Of a stretch of 64,000 nt of DNA, positions 33,354 through 43,058 are shown piece after piece; position 1 is the first letter of the stretch, and each line of letters starts with the position of its first letter. Source of the DNA: an uncultured Gemmatimonadales bacterium. Lineage in GTDB: Bacteria > Gemmatimonadota > Gemmatimonadetes > Longimicrobiales > RSA9. Below the pieces are notes generated by a model that saw only the letters and a program-made list of their open reading frames with translations, ran no database searches and was not told where the DNA came from. The stretch covers positions 256,001 to 320,000 of the forward strand of contig CAVUKA010000003.1 of assembly GCA_963741945.1 (NCBI GenBank), given 5' to 3'. A program made the translations under genes and the position numbers.

Positions 33354-34304
33354 CTAATCGAACAGCTGGCTCACCGACTCGTTCGAGTGGGTGTACCGGA
33401 TCGCCCGCGCCAGCAACTGTGCCACCGAGAGCACTTTCAGTTTGTCGAACCGCCGCGCCTCGGGGACATGCAGCGTGTTCGTGACCACCACCTCCGTAAC
33501 CGGCGACTCCGACAACCGCCTGACCGCTGGGCCCGACAGCAGCGGGTGCGTGGCAGCCACATAGATTTCCGTGGCTCCGCGCTCCTGAAGCGCCTCGATC
33601 ACGCTCGTCATGGTGCCCGCGGTGTCGATCATGTCATCCACCACGATGCACCGCCGTCCCTTCACCTCACCGACGATGTTCAGCACCTCGGCCACGTTGG
33701 GCGCCGGGCGCCGCTTGTCGATGATCGCGAACGACGCGTCGATGCGCCGGGCGAAGCCCCGCGCCATCTTCGCGGCACCCACATCCGGCGCCACCACCAC
33801 CACGTTGTCGAGCTCCATCTGCCGGAAATACCCGGTCAGAACCGGAGCTGCGTACAGGTGGTCCACCGGCACGTCGAAAAAGCCCTGGAGCTGGTGCGTA
33901 TGGAAGTCGATCCCGAGCACCCGCTCCGCACCCGCCGCAACCATCAGGTTGGCAAGCAGCTTCGCGCCGATCGCCACGCGCGGCTGGTCCTTCCGGTCCT
34001 GTCGCGCGTATCCGTAGTACGGCATCACCGCCGTCACCCTCGCCGCCGACGCACGCTTCGCCGCGTCCGTCAGGAGCAGCAGCTCCATGATGCTTTCCGC
34101 CGGCGGCGGCGTGGGCTGGATGATGAAGACGTCACGCCCGCGCGCATTCTGGTTCAGCCGGACGAAGATCTCACCATCCGCGAAGCGCGAGACAGTGGCA
34201 TCCGCGAGCTGCTCCCCGAGCGCGTCCGCGATCTCCTCCGACAACGGCCGGTTGGCCGTGCCGGAGAGCAGCATCAACGGACCGTGCGCGCTGTCTTCGG
34301 GCAT
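33354..34304 (-). CDS. prs: Ribose-phosphate pyrophosphokinase
   Basis: FADGE, PYYGYARQDRK, VAPDVG, VDDMIDTAGT. Confidence 0.95.
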   Translation of the reverse strand: MPEDSAHGPLMLLSGTANRPLSEEIADALGEQLADATVSRFADGEIFVRLNQNARGRDVFIIQPTPPPAESIMELLLLTDAAKRASAARVTAVMPYYGYARQDRKDQPRVAIGAKLLANLMVAAGAERVLGIDFHTHQLQGFFDVPVDHLYAAPVLTGYFRQMELDNVVVVAPDVGAAKMARGFARRIDASFAIIDKRRPAPNVAEVLNIVGEVKGRRCIVVDDMIDTAGTMTSVIEALQERGATEIYVAATHPLLSGPAVRRLSESPVTEVVVTNTLHVPEARRFDKLKVLSVAQLLARAIRYTHSNESVSQLFD

Positions 34305-34346
34305 TCGCGTCTAGCCTCATCACCCACCGGGTTTCAACAGCCTCGG

Positions 34347-34375
34347 AAGCTATTCGACTCGAGGTACCGGGTCAA
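34347..34375 (-). promoter_or_regulatory. Putative sigma-70 promoter of prs-rplY-pth-hppA
   Basis: TTGACC-N17-TAGCTT. Confidence 0.55.
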
Positions 34376-35037
34376 CCACCCGGGGCACCGCCGCCTTCCC
34401 CGGGTCGCGGCCTCGGATCGTGTTCGCCTTCCTCGGGGAGAAAATCGTCCGCCAACCGCGCCATCGTGCGCTGGAACACCGCCTGTGCCCGGCTACCCGA
34501 AAGGCGCATCAGCTCAATGTAGTCCTCCACCGCTTCGTCCAGCGCCGCATGCTCGCGGAGCAGGGCGGCGAAAAGCGCGGCGTTGTCCACGTGCGCCCGG
34601 ATCACGCCCTCTTCCGCTCTGGCCATGGCGAGCCCGACCCGCTCGTCCTCTTCGGCGCCCGCCCGGACCCTGCGGGCCAGTCCCTTCATGAGCACGTCCG
34701 GACGGAAGCGCTTCAGCCCTTCAGCCTCGTCGCCTGAACGTGGGTAGACGTCCGGCAGCGAAGGCCTCCCCTCCGTGGCCGCGCCCGAGTCCCGGACGGC
34801 GATGAGCACGCGGGCGCGGACGGCGGCGGCCATGGCCTCGTCCACGTCCATCTCGTCCAGATAGCGGTCCACGGCCTCGTCAAAGGCGAGCGACGCGGCC
34901 ATCAGTGCGATGAAGCGGAGTGCCTGAGCGGTATGCGCCGCCACGAGCGCCTCCCAGGCCGTGGCCGCGGCCACGTCCATCTGCCGCCGCACCGGCTCCG
35001 GCATGCGGCGAAATCTCAGCGGTCCGACCGGTACCAT
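34372..35037 (-). CDS. Hypothetical protein with internally duplicated helical domain
   Basis: AGGAGG RBS; two similar segments (AH..QA..F...DEAVDRY / AH..NA..F...DEAVEDY). Confidence 0.7.
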   Translation of the reverse strand: MVPVGPLRFRRMPEPVRRQMDVAAATAWEALVAAHTAQALRFIALMAASLAFDEAVDRYLDEMDVDEAMAAAVRARVLIAVRDSGAATEGRPSLPDVYPRSGDEAEGLKRFRPDVLMKGLARRVRAGAEEDERVGLAMARAEEGVIRAHVDNAALFAALLREHAALDEAVEDYIELMRLSGSRAQAVFQRTMARLADDFLPEEGEHDPRPRPGEGGGAPGG

Positions 35038-35412
35038 CCATCCTCCTGTCCGACGGGTCCTTCCCCGAAGCGCCCCGACCCCGATCCGAGAATCCGGCGG
35101 TGCCCCGGAACGGTCTCCCGACCTGCAAGAATGTGCCCCGCCCCGAACATCTCCCGCCGCTCGCGCCAGACGGGCGGACGCCGCTGCGGATGATGAGGCG
35201 GCGCCGGAAAGGCTGCAAGCGTGGCCCGCGACGCGGCCAGGCTCGTCCCAATCCACCGTCGGTCGCCGGAGCCCGTCCGACCCGACGTTACGAAGGACCC
35301 GGGACGCAGGAGAGCCGGGTGGGCGGAAGGGATCCCGGAATGCCCGGGCGGCCGGAGCGGGTGCGACCGGCGACTGGCCGAGCCGGGAACGAGGGCGCGC
35401 GACTCCGGGTGA

Positions 35413-36135
35413 TCAGGGGGACCGCAGGCATGAATCGGCTGCGATGAGCTCGGTCTCCAGCGCGAAATGCACCAGCTCGGAACGGTGCTCGAGGCCGAGC
35501 TTTCGCATGGCCTGGCCACGGTAGCTGGCCACGGTGTGGTGAGAGAGGAAGATCTGCTCGGCGATCTCGTGCGCGGTGTAGCCCTGTGCGGTGAGTCGCA
35601 CCACGTCCCGCTCGCGATCGGTGAGCGTGGCGAGGCGGCGGCGCGCCTCGAGCGCCCGCTCCAGGTTGCGAACGAGGACGCGATTGCTGTGGGCGTCGAG
35701 GAACACCTCCCCCCGAAGCACGGTGCGGATGGCGGGCAGCAGGTCCTGGTGGGCGGTGGCCTTGCGGACGAAGCCGAACGCCCCCGCTTCCATCGCCCGG
35801 ATCAGCGACTTCTCGGGGGCGTGGGCGGTGAGCACCAGCACGCGGGTGCCCCGCCCCGCGGCGGCGATGCGCCGCATGGCCTCGAAGCCGTCGATTCCCG
35901 GCAGGGAGAGGTCCATGATCACCACGTCCGGCTCCAGATCGGCCGTCTTCCGGATCGCCTCCTCCCCGTCCGCCGCCTCGCCCACCACGTCGATGCCGGC
36001 CTCACGCGCGAGGATCGCGCGCGCGCCATCGCGAATGGCTTCGTGGTCGTCGACCACGACCACGCGCACCGCCACTTTCGGGCGGGTCTCCGGAGGGGGG
36101 CCGGGCTCCGGGGACAACGCACTACCGGGGGTCAC
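35413..36135 (-). CDS. NarL/LuxR-family response regulator (orphan; start uncertain)
   Basis: VVDDH, PDVVIMD receiver; LTDRERDV...IAEQIFLS LuxR HTH. Confidence 0.9.
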   Translation of the reverse strand: MTPGSALSPEPGPPPETRPKVAVRVVVVDDHEAIRDGARAILAREAGIDVVGEAADGEEAIRKTADLEPDVVIMDLSLPGIDGFEAMRRIAAAGRGTRVLVLTAHAPEKSLIRAMEAGAFGFVRKATAHQDLLPAIRTVLRGEVFLDAHSNRVLVRNLERALEARRRLATLTDRERDVVRLTAQGYTAHEIAEQIFLSHHTVASYRGQAMRKLGLEHRSELVHFALETELIAADSCLRSP

Positions 36136-36155
36136 GCCACTGTCGGGGAGCGCGG

Positions 36156-37182
36156 ATGCCTTGGGCGGAGGGGGTGACCAAGGTCCTGCCCGGGGTGGCC
36201 GGCATGGAGCCGATCCTGCAAGGAGAATGGTGGTACCAGTGGGGCACCAACGGCGTGGACCCGGACATCACGCCCGCGAGCTGTGCGCCGGACCCGGACG
36301 AGGTGAACCCGGAGCTCAACCCCGACGGGCTGGCGCTCTGTGACGATGGCGAGACAGGCACGGTGGATACCCTCCTGGAGGCCGGCACGCCTGCGGCGGA
36401 CAACCCGATGCCGCTGGTCCGGGTCCTTCAGAAGGATCCGCAGAGCGTCTGGCAGGCCAGACTCGTACACGCGTTCGCAGGTGCGCACGGAGGTGGTGCT
36501 ATTCCAGGACCTCACCACCCCGGCCATCGAGTACGAGATGCGTCACACGGACGGCTGGGGGATCGACGAGGTGCATGGGCTTGCGGCCACCCTCAGCCCG
36601 GTGTCCGCTCTCACGGGGCCCGGGACGCGGGCTACCGTGTACTCGCATTGCGCCCGCCTGACCATCCAGAAGCTGCTGGTGGCGCGGGAGGATGCGCGGC
36701 TGGCGGATCTGACATGGGTCCCGAGCGAAGGCTGGACCGAGCCGGAGCTCGATCCAGACACGGGTGAGCCGTACGCGAACGCGCTCATCAACGACCACAT
36801 CTTCAACGGCTCGGTGCACGAGGGCGGAGACGGCCCTGGCTACTACTCCGCCGAGATCAACGTCAAGGGGCGCATCATCTACGGGTACACCTGGAATGTC
36901 CGCCAGCTGAACGACCTCACACCGGCCGAGGGATCGATGGTCCCCACGCCCGCGGGTGACTACAGGATCACTTTCAGCCTCGACCCGCTGTGCGGCACGG
37001 CGCAGCTCAACACCTTCCTGGACGCCGCGCAGATCCTGGTCCCGGTGGAGGAAGAGCTGGTCACCATCACCGCCGACGATGACCCCGGCGGCGCGACGGC
37101 CGTCCTGCGGAGCGACCTGAATCTCACCTACATGGACGTCCGCATCCTCGAGCGTGGCGGCGGGGGCGGCGGGGGGCACTGA
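36156..37182 (+). pseudogene. Disrupted gene for an acidic, probably extracellular hypothetical protein
   Basis: Protein-like in one frame to about 36457 (...QKDPQSVWQA), then continues in another frame (DSYTRSQVRTEVV...GGGGGGGH); no signal peptide. Confidence 0.6.
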
Positions 37183-37536
37183 CGGGAGAGGACCGCTGGA
37201 AGGCGTTGAAGGACCGCGCGGAGGATGGTGTCTGGGACAGGCGACGAGAACTTGGAGCGCCTTCCCAGACGCTCCTCCGGCGCAGCCGTGATTGCCGGGC
37301 TCGTCGCTATGCTGCCCGACGCGTGAAGTGGCATCAGCTGGATGGGCGGTGGACGGCTCGGTTGCCGCCTCGATGGTCGAGGACCCGGTCAACCCTCGGA
37401 ACTCCCGCGTCGCACGACGCCTCGACGCGACACGCAGCGAGATCGCGGGCGGGGACGGCGAATCGCGGAGCCGGCACAGCGCATGCCGTGATTCCCGCGC
37501 GCGCCTTTCCTTTCAATCCGCGCGAAGGGAGGGTCT

Positions 37537-38949
37537 ATCAGGGAGAGGCTGTACGACCGGTTCGGAGGCCGCGCCCGGGCCCAGGTCATCCTGATCCTGG
37601 CGCTGGTGCTCGGGCTCGACGGCTCCGACAAGGGCGCCGTGGGAGCCATGGCCACCCAGCTCCAGGAGGCGTTCGGCGTCGGAAAGACGGAGATCGGGCT
37701 CCTGCTCACGGTCACGGCGCTGTTGAGTGCCGTGGCCACGCTCCCCTACGGCCGCGCCGTCGACCACGTCCGGCGGACCCGGCTGCTCAGCATCATGGTC
37801 CTGGTCTGGGGGGGCCTCATGGTGCTCACCGCTTCCTCGGCCTCCTACGTCTGGCTCCTCGCCTCGCGCGCGGGCTTGGGTGCGGTGATCGCGGTGGCGG
37901 TGCCCGCGGTGGCATCACTCGTGGGCGACTTCTTTCCTCCACGGGAGCGAGCGAAGATCTATGGCGTCATCCTGGCCGGGGAGTTCGTGGGCACGGGGTT
38001 CGGCTTTCTGGTGGCCGGGGTGCTGGCCTCCCTTTCCTGGCGATGGGGATTTCTGGCGCTCGCCATTCCCGTGCTGCCGCTGGCCTGGCTCCTGAAGCGT
38101 CTGCCCGAGCCGGCGCGCGGCGGCGCGAGCCGCATCGAGGCCGGGCAGCAGCAGGTCGGCGAGCGCCACGAGCAAGAACGTGGGGAGCGACAGGTGGTGA
38201 GGCGCAGCCAGATCGTGGCGCGCGAAGCCGGGATCGAGCCCCGGCCGGCGCTCGTCCCCGATGAGGGACCGGAGCAGAAGTCGCTCTGGTGGGCGGTCCG
38301 TTACGTCCTGCGCATCCCCACGAACGTGGTCATCATCGTGGCCTCATCGCTCGGCTACTTCTTCTTCGCCGGGGTACGCACCTTCGGAGTACAGTACCTG
38401 CGCGGCCGATTCGATATCAGTCACGAGCATGCGACATTGTTCCTGGTGCTCATCGGCGTCGGAGCCCTCGGCGGCGTAATCATCGGCGGCCGGGTCGCCG
38501 ATGGGCTGCTGCACCGAGGCCGCATCGCTGCCCGCGTGCTGGTGGCCGCCGTAGCATACCTCGCCGCCGTGGGTCTGCTCCTGCCGGCACTGCTCTGGTC
38601 CAGCCTCGTCGCCGCCGCCGTCTTCATGTTCGCCGCAGCCATCGCCTTCGGCGCCATCAACCCGCCCTTCGATGCCGGCCGCCTGGACATCATGCATCCC
38701 CACCTCTGGGGTCGCGCCGAGTCTACCCGGATGGTCCTGCGTTTCTCCGCCGAGGCCATTGCCCCGCTCCTGTTCGGCTTCCTGGCCGGTCGGGTGTTCG
38801 GCGGCGGCACCGCCGGGATCCATGACACGTTCCTGGTCATGCTGATCCCGCTCCTCGCGGGAGGTCTCGTCGGCCTCATCGCCATTCGGACCTACCCGCG
38901 CGATGTGGCCACAGCAGATGCGTATGCGGAGAAGACAATGCGCGGATGA
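37537..38949 (+). CDS. MFS transporter (start uncertain; possibly ATC)
   Basis: About 12 TM segments, GRAVDHVRR motif A variant, DFFPPRERAK, GGRVADG. Confidence 0.85.
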   Translation: MRERLYDRFGGRARAQVILILALVLGLDGSDKGAVGAMATQLQEAFGVGKTEIGLLLTVTALLSAVATLPYGRAVDHVRRTRLLSIMVLVWGGLMVLTASSASYVWLLASRAGLGAVIAVAVPAVASLVGDFFPPRERAKIYGVILAGEFVGTGFGFLVAGVLASLSWRWGFLALAIPVLPLAWLLKRLPEPARGGASRIEAGQQQVGERHEQERGERQVVRRSQIVAREAGIEPRPALVPDEGPEQKSLWWAVRYVLRIPTNVVIIVASSLGYFFFAGVRTFGVQYLRGRFDISHEHATLFLVLIGVGALGGVIIGGRVADGLLHRGRIAARVLVAAVAYLAAVGLLLPALLWSSLVAAAVFMFAAAIAFGAINPPFDAGRLDIMHPHLWGRAESTRMVLRFSAEAIAPLLFGFLAGRVFGGGTAGIHDTFLVMLIPLLAGGLVGLIAIRTYPRDVATADAYAEKTMRG

Positions 38950-39813
38950 ACTCCTGCGGCTGGCTTCAGCCTGGGCGGGAGGGCCGCTTCCGAAGCCGCG
39001 GAAAAGACCAGCGCGTTCAGCTCCGTTTCCACGGCCCTGGCGTACTCGACCGCCGCGCAGGAGAAGTCGAACGCGGGGTCGTCGCGGCGAGCTCGGAAGA
39101 CAGCCTCCGCGGACATGAGGAACGTGCGCGTCGCGGTCTCGAATTTCCCAGACCACGCGCCCGAAGAGGTTGTCGGGCAGCTCCCGGGCTAGGCGCTGGG
39201 TGTCGGCGCGCAGGTCGGCGTCGCGCTCCGCCCACAGGCGGTCCCCGGTGAGGAGGTCGCGGTCGACGAACCAGCGAGCGCCGTCGTCGCGCGTGACGAT
39301 GAGCGGCAGCTCGACCATTCCGCCATACAGCGAGACTGGGTTGTCATGGTAGCGGCTGTTTCGCAGGCGACGGAGCTCCTCGATCACGCCCGGCGTATCG
39401 TCGCTCACCAGGCGACGCAGGTCCCACAGCCGGAACCAGAAGTCGGCCTCGCTACCCCGGTAATACGACGGCGCGTGCTCCGCCTCCCCTTCGTCCGCGA
39501 GCACGTCGTCCGCCGTCACCTCGCCCAGCCAGCCCACGTACAGCGACCTGTAGTCGGTCAGGTAGAGGTGGGTCTCGGCGCCACTGCGGATCTGACCGTC
39601 CAGGGCCACGATCTCGGGCGCGTGCGGGAGCGGATCTTCCCGGCGAGGCGACCGGATCTTGGCCCACCAGACGTACACATTGTCTGCCGGCGACGTGGGG
39701 TCAGCGGGATCCCGACTCCGCTCCGCCCACCGGAGGAGCACCCGGAGGTGCGCGTCGAGGGCGTCGTCGGCGTAAGCGGGGTTCCAGACGGTGAGGAGGT
39801 GATGATCCGGCAT
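38950..39813 (-). pseudogene. HP0729-family-like protein, frameshifted and C-terminally truncated
   Basis: HLLTVWNP.Y...H...KIRS...LYLTDY.SLYV...PSYY...DLRRLV...LYG resembles HP0729 family (recalled); frameshift near 39140. Confidence 0.55.
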
Positions 39814-39958
39814 GCGACAAATCGAAGCTTCACGAATTCGCGGTGACCGTGTCGGGCATCAGCTGCTGGAACGTCCGCGGGATCTGCCCTCAGTCCTCCG
39901 TCGGTTTGGGCGGCGGCGACATAATGGCGGCCTCCCGGCGCGACTGCAATTATTCCCG

Positions 39959-40270
39959 TCATTCCAGCAACGCATCGCTGGGCACGCCACCCAACCGCCG
40001 GAGCCGATCCGCGCCATTGCCCAGCTCACGGCCCATCTCCCGCAGATCTTCGTCGCCCGTGAGGTTCAGGCGGTCGGCCGCGGCATCCAGGAGCGAGGCC
40101 TCGTCCGCGCAGTAGCGGCGCAGCTCCCGGCCCGGCTCGGAGTCGGTCAACCAGGCGCGGACGATGTCCTGATGGTCGTGCACGCCCCGGGGCCGGAACG
40201 CGTGCAGGTGCGTGAGCAGCCGCTCGAGGATGCAGCCGCCGAGCAGCGGCAGCGTGGAGCGCGCGCTCAT
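39959..40270 (-). CDS. Hypothetical protein
   Basis: 103-aa helical ORF with GAGAGG RBS, downstream of the VWA gene. Confidence 0.55.
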   Translation of the reverse strand: MSARSTLPLLGGCILERLLTHLHAFRPRGVHDHQDIVRAWLTDSEPGRELRRYCADEASLLDAAADRLNLTGDEDLREMGRELGNGADRLRRLGGVPSDALLE

Positions 40271-40370
40271 TCGCGGCCTCTCACGCGCTCGCGCCCGCTC
40301 TCCGAGACGTGACTGGCCGTGACCACGACGGCCATGAACGGACATGACCCGCCGATCATTGCGCCTCCAT

Positions 40371-40640
40371 TCAATAGGTGTCGAGCTCCACCGTGACCCG
40401 GAGCGTGTGCCCGCTGGCCAGGTGGACCCGGATCTGGTCGTTCCAGTACCGCTCCACGCGCACGACGGTGGTGCTGTCGTTGACGTGGACGGGCATGATG
40501 CCGAAGGCGTCGATGATCTGATCGCGAATGTCCTCGACCTCGTGCTGGTCGGGGCTCCCCCCGGCGGCGGTCAGCGCCAGGAGGAGCAGGGCCAGCACCA
40601 GGAGGCGGGACGCGATCCGGTCCGCGGCGGGCCGCCTCAT
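40371..40640 (-). CDS. Small exported or membrane-anchored hypothetical protein
   Basis: Signal-peptide-like N-terminus; ATGA overlap with the VWA gene. Confidence 0.6.
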   Translation of the reverse strand: MRRPAADRIASRLLVLALLLLALTAAGGSPDQHEVEDIRDQIIDAFGIMPVHVNDSTTVVRVERYWNDQIRVHLASGHTLRVTVELDTY

Positions 40641-41953
40641 GCGTCGTCGGGCTCCGGGGGGCCAAGGCCCTTCCGCTCCTCGCGATCGCGCGCCCGGTCC
40701 TCCTTCAGCCGCTCGACCAGGGCGCGCTTGCTCTGGGCGGAGCTGTAGGCGCGCTGGTACATGTACTTCGCGTCGGCCTCGGACACGCGCGACTCGTCGA
40801 ACCGGTCGGCCATGACCCGGAGATCGTCCACCTCGTCGGTGAGTTCCGGATCGCCGGCGGCCATGGACGACAGCTTCTCGGCGATGCCGCGCAGCTTCCG
40901 CGCGCCGTCCTCGAACGCCCCGTCGCTCCGGTCCTGCAGCGCCTCCTCCCGGGCGCGGGCGGCCTCGAGAAGCAGCAGCTCCCGCCGAACCTCCGGGTTC
41001 ACCACGGCGGCGCCCAAGCGCGACACCCGGATCGGCAGCGTGGTGGTCCGCTTCTCGACACCGCCGCCCGGCAGCAGGACGTGGGCCTCGACGGTGAGGG
41101 TAGCGACGTCGACCTCGGCGGCATCGTCGTCGCTGGAAAGGAGGAACTCGCAGAGGAGGGACCTGGGCTCGAAGGCGTAGAGGTCGCCGAGCTCGAGGCG
41201 GAGGGATCCGTCGTCGGTCCGCTGACGCGGGTACTGGTGCAGCACGGAGGCGTGCTCGACGGCCGGGGCGGGAGCCACGGCCACGGTGACGTTCTGCGCG
41301 GCCAGCGCCATGAGGCCTTCGATCTCGGCCTCGAACACCGCCGGTGCCTGGTCGGGCGCTTCGATGTAGTACATGCTGCCGCCGCCGGCCTCGGCCATCG
41401 AGCGCAGCAGCCGCTCGTCGTAGTCGGCGCCGAAGCCAATGGTGGTGGTCGACACGCCCTTCACCGCGGCCGAAGCGACGAGGTCGCGGAGCCGCCCGGG
41501 GTCGGTGATCCCGACATTGGCGAGGCCGTCGGTGAGGAGGAGGACGCGGTTGACGCCGCCGTCCGCCAGCCCCTCCGCCACCAGCTCCCGCCCCCGCAGC
41601 CAGCCACCGGAGAGGTTCGTCATACCGCGGGGCTCGATCGTCCCGATCCGGCCGAGCAGCTCCTGCCGCTGCTTCCCGGGCGTGGGGCCGACCGCGGTGT
41701 GGACCTCGTCGTCGTAGGCGACGACGCTGACGACGTCATCCTCGCCCAGCCGCCGAACCAGCAGGCTCGCCGCCTCCTTCGCCCGTGCGAGCTTCGGCCC
41801 GTGCATGGAGCCGGAGCGGTCGAGGACCAGGCTCAGGTTGAGGGGCGGGCGTTCCATCCGCCCCGGCGCCTCACCGGTGATGCGAAGCAGGGCGCGGACG
41901 AGGTATCCCCCGTCCGCCACGGGCTCGTGATCCAGCAGCAGCTGTGTGTCCAT
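40637..41953 (-). CDS. VWA-domain protein (YfbK-like)
   Basis: [32 protein letters not shown]. Confidence 0.9.
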   Translation of the reverse strand: MDTQLLLDHEPVADGGYLVRALLRITGEAPGRMERPPLNLSLVLDRSGSMHGPKLARAKEAASLLVRRLGEDDVVSVVAYDDEVHTAVGPTPGKQRQELLGRIGTIEPRGMTNLSGGWLRGRELVAEGLADGGVNRVLLLTDGLANVGITDPGRLRDLVASAAVKGVSTTTIGFGADYDERLLRSMAEAGGGSMYYIEAPDQAPAVFEAEIEGLMALAAQNVTVAVAPAPAVEHASVLHQYPRQRTDDGSLRLELGDLYAFEPRSLLCEFLLSSDDDAAEVDVATLTVEAHVLLPGGGVEKRTTTLPIRVSRLGAAVVNPEVRRELLLLEAARAREEALQDRSDGAFEDGARKLRGIAEKLSSMAAGDPELTDEVDDLRVMADRFDESRVSEADAKYMYQRAYSSAQSKRALVERLKEDRARDREERKGLGPPEPDDA

Positions 41954-42003
41954 CGGCACCCTCCGCGCGTGCGGTCCGGCCCTCCATGGGCGGACGTCGG
42001 CGG

Positions 42004-42025
42004 AAGATACGGAGGGGGTGTGACA
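42004..42025 (-). promoter_or_regulatory. RecA-NDp/PafBC-like promoter upstream of the VWA gene
   Basis: TGTCACACCCCCTCCGTATCTT = TGTC-N12-TAnnnT. Confidence 0.45.
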
Positions 42026-42095
42026 GTCCGGGGGAACGCGCGCGAGCGCACCGAGGGGACCGGACGCGGATGAGCCGCCCGGAGCACCTGACGCG

Positions 42096-42458
42096 CTAAC
42101 GCAACCAGCCATAGGTGCCCGCGACCGGGTTGTGCCCAGCCTGATCTGCGACGGCCACCCATTCAAGAAGCGAGCGAACGTGGTGCCCCGCGTCAGCGTG
42201 TGGCACCGACGTGGCGATGAACAGCACACCCGGGAAGGCGAGCCCCTTCGCGGCGTAGGCGCTCACGAGCGGCGCGAAGTCCTGGTAGTTCCGCGTGACG
42301 AGGATGCGTTCCTGGTCAACGGACCAGGCGAAGATCTCCGGGTCATCGGCCGCGCTCAGGCCAACCTCTGCAACGTGGACGACATCCACTCCTCGAGCTT
42401 GAAGCTGCCGCAACGCCCGGGCGTTGACATGCTGATCGAACACGAACCGGAAGGGCAT
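42096..42458 (-). CDS. DUF5615 PIN-like toxin (VapC45-like)
   Basis: FVFDQHV, DVVHV, DPEI, RILVTRNYQDF. Confidence 0.85.
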   Translation of the reverse strand: MPFRFVFDQHVNARALRQLQARGVDVVHVAEVGLSAADDPEIFAWSVDQERILVTRNYQDFAPLVSAYAAKGLAFPGVLFIATSVPHADAGHHVRSLLEWVAVADQAGHNPVAGTYGWLR

Positions 42459-42841
42459 CAGCGCGTGTTGTCGACAAGCCGCTCCACCCGGCCGTTGTTC
42501 GAAATCATGGAGTTGATTTCATCCGGGAACCGGTCGGCATACTCGAGCGCTTGCCGGAGGGCCTCGGGAGGGACAAACGCGAAGTGGTCGCGGAACCCCT
42601 CTTCGTCGTCGCCGTACCCCCTGCGGACCGAAACAACCTCCCACACGTCCGGGCCACTCCGGAGCCGTGCTCGCCGGCCGGCCACGCCGTCCGCAAAGGT
42701 GATCTCCGGGAAGTGCTGCATGGCCCACCACTCTTCAGCGACGCGGCGAAGCCCCGTCGACGGTCCCTCGCCGTGTGATCGCCAGAAGCCCTCAATGCTA
42801 TCCTTCAGCCACGGGTCCAGGCGGGCGCTCATGGTTGGCAT
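42458..42841 (-). CDS. DUF433-containing antitoxin (VapB45-like)
   Basis: FPEITFADG..GRRARL..GPDVWEV...QALEY; TGATG coupling with the toxin. Confidence 0.8.
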   Translation of the reverse strand: MPTMSARLDPWLKDSIEGFWRSHGEGPSTGLRRVAEEWWAMQHFPEITFADGVAGRRARLRSGPDVWEVVSVRRGYGDDEEGFRDHFAFVPPEALRQALEYADRFPDEINSMISNNGRVERLVDNTR

Positions 42842-42860
42842 GGTGGACTCTCCCTCCTGG

Positions 42861-42886
42861 TGTATACAGTGTAAACTATGTAAACA
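42861..42886. promoter_or_regulatory. Putative TA operator: three repeats with 9-bp period
   Basis: TGTATACA-g-TGTAAACT-a-TGTAAACA just upstream of the antitoxin RBS. Confidence 0.6.
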
Positions 42887-43019
42887 TTCCGGTTCGACAA
42901 TGGCGCGTCAAGGCCTTCGGTCCGGGGGTGTTCTACCCCCTGGCCTCCCCCTTGGACGGGACGGTGTACTCGGCAAGTCCAGCCTCGCGGAGGGATCGTC
43001 TCGCGCCGGCTCCGATGCG

Positions 43020-43051
43020 AAACGGCGGTCAGCTCAGGGGAGCCGACCGCC
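43020..43051 (-). terminator. Terminator hairpin after tRNA-Gln
   Basis: GGCGGTCGGCTC/GAGCTGACCGCC stem followed by GTTT. Confidence 0.6.
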
Positions 43052-43058
43052 GCCTCGA

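Noticed and set aside
35124..35140. Sigma-54-like GGCACATTCTTGCA upstream of the duplicated-domain gene
   Set aside because: Spacing is one base short of consensus; credible only if there is an indel error
34300..35420. Search for a duplicated tRNA-Gln 3' end (att site)
   Set aside because: No copy of GGTTCGAATCCACCCCGGGG found by eye
38344..39140. C-terminal half of the 489-aa ORF in the track
   Set aside because: Read-through after a frameshift, mostly antisense to the MFS gene; not protein-like
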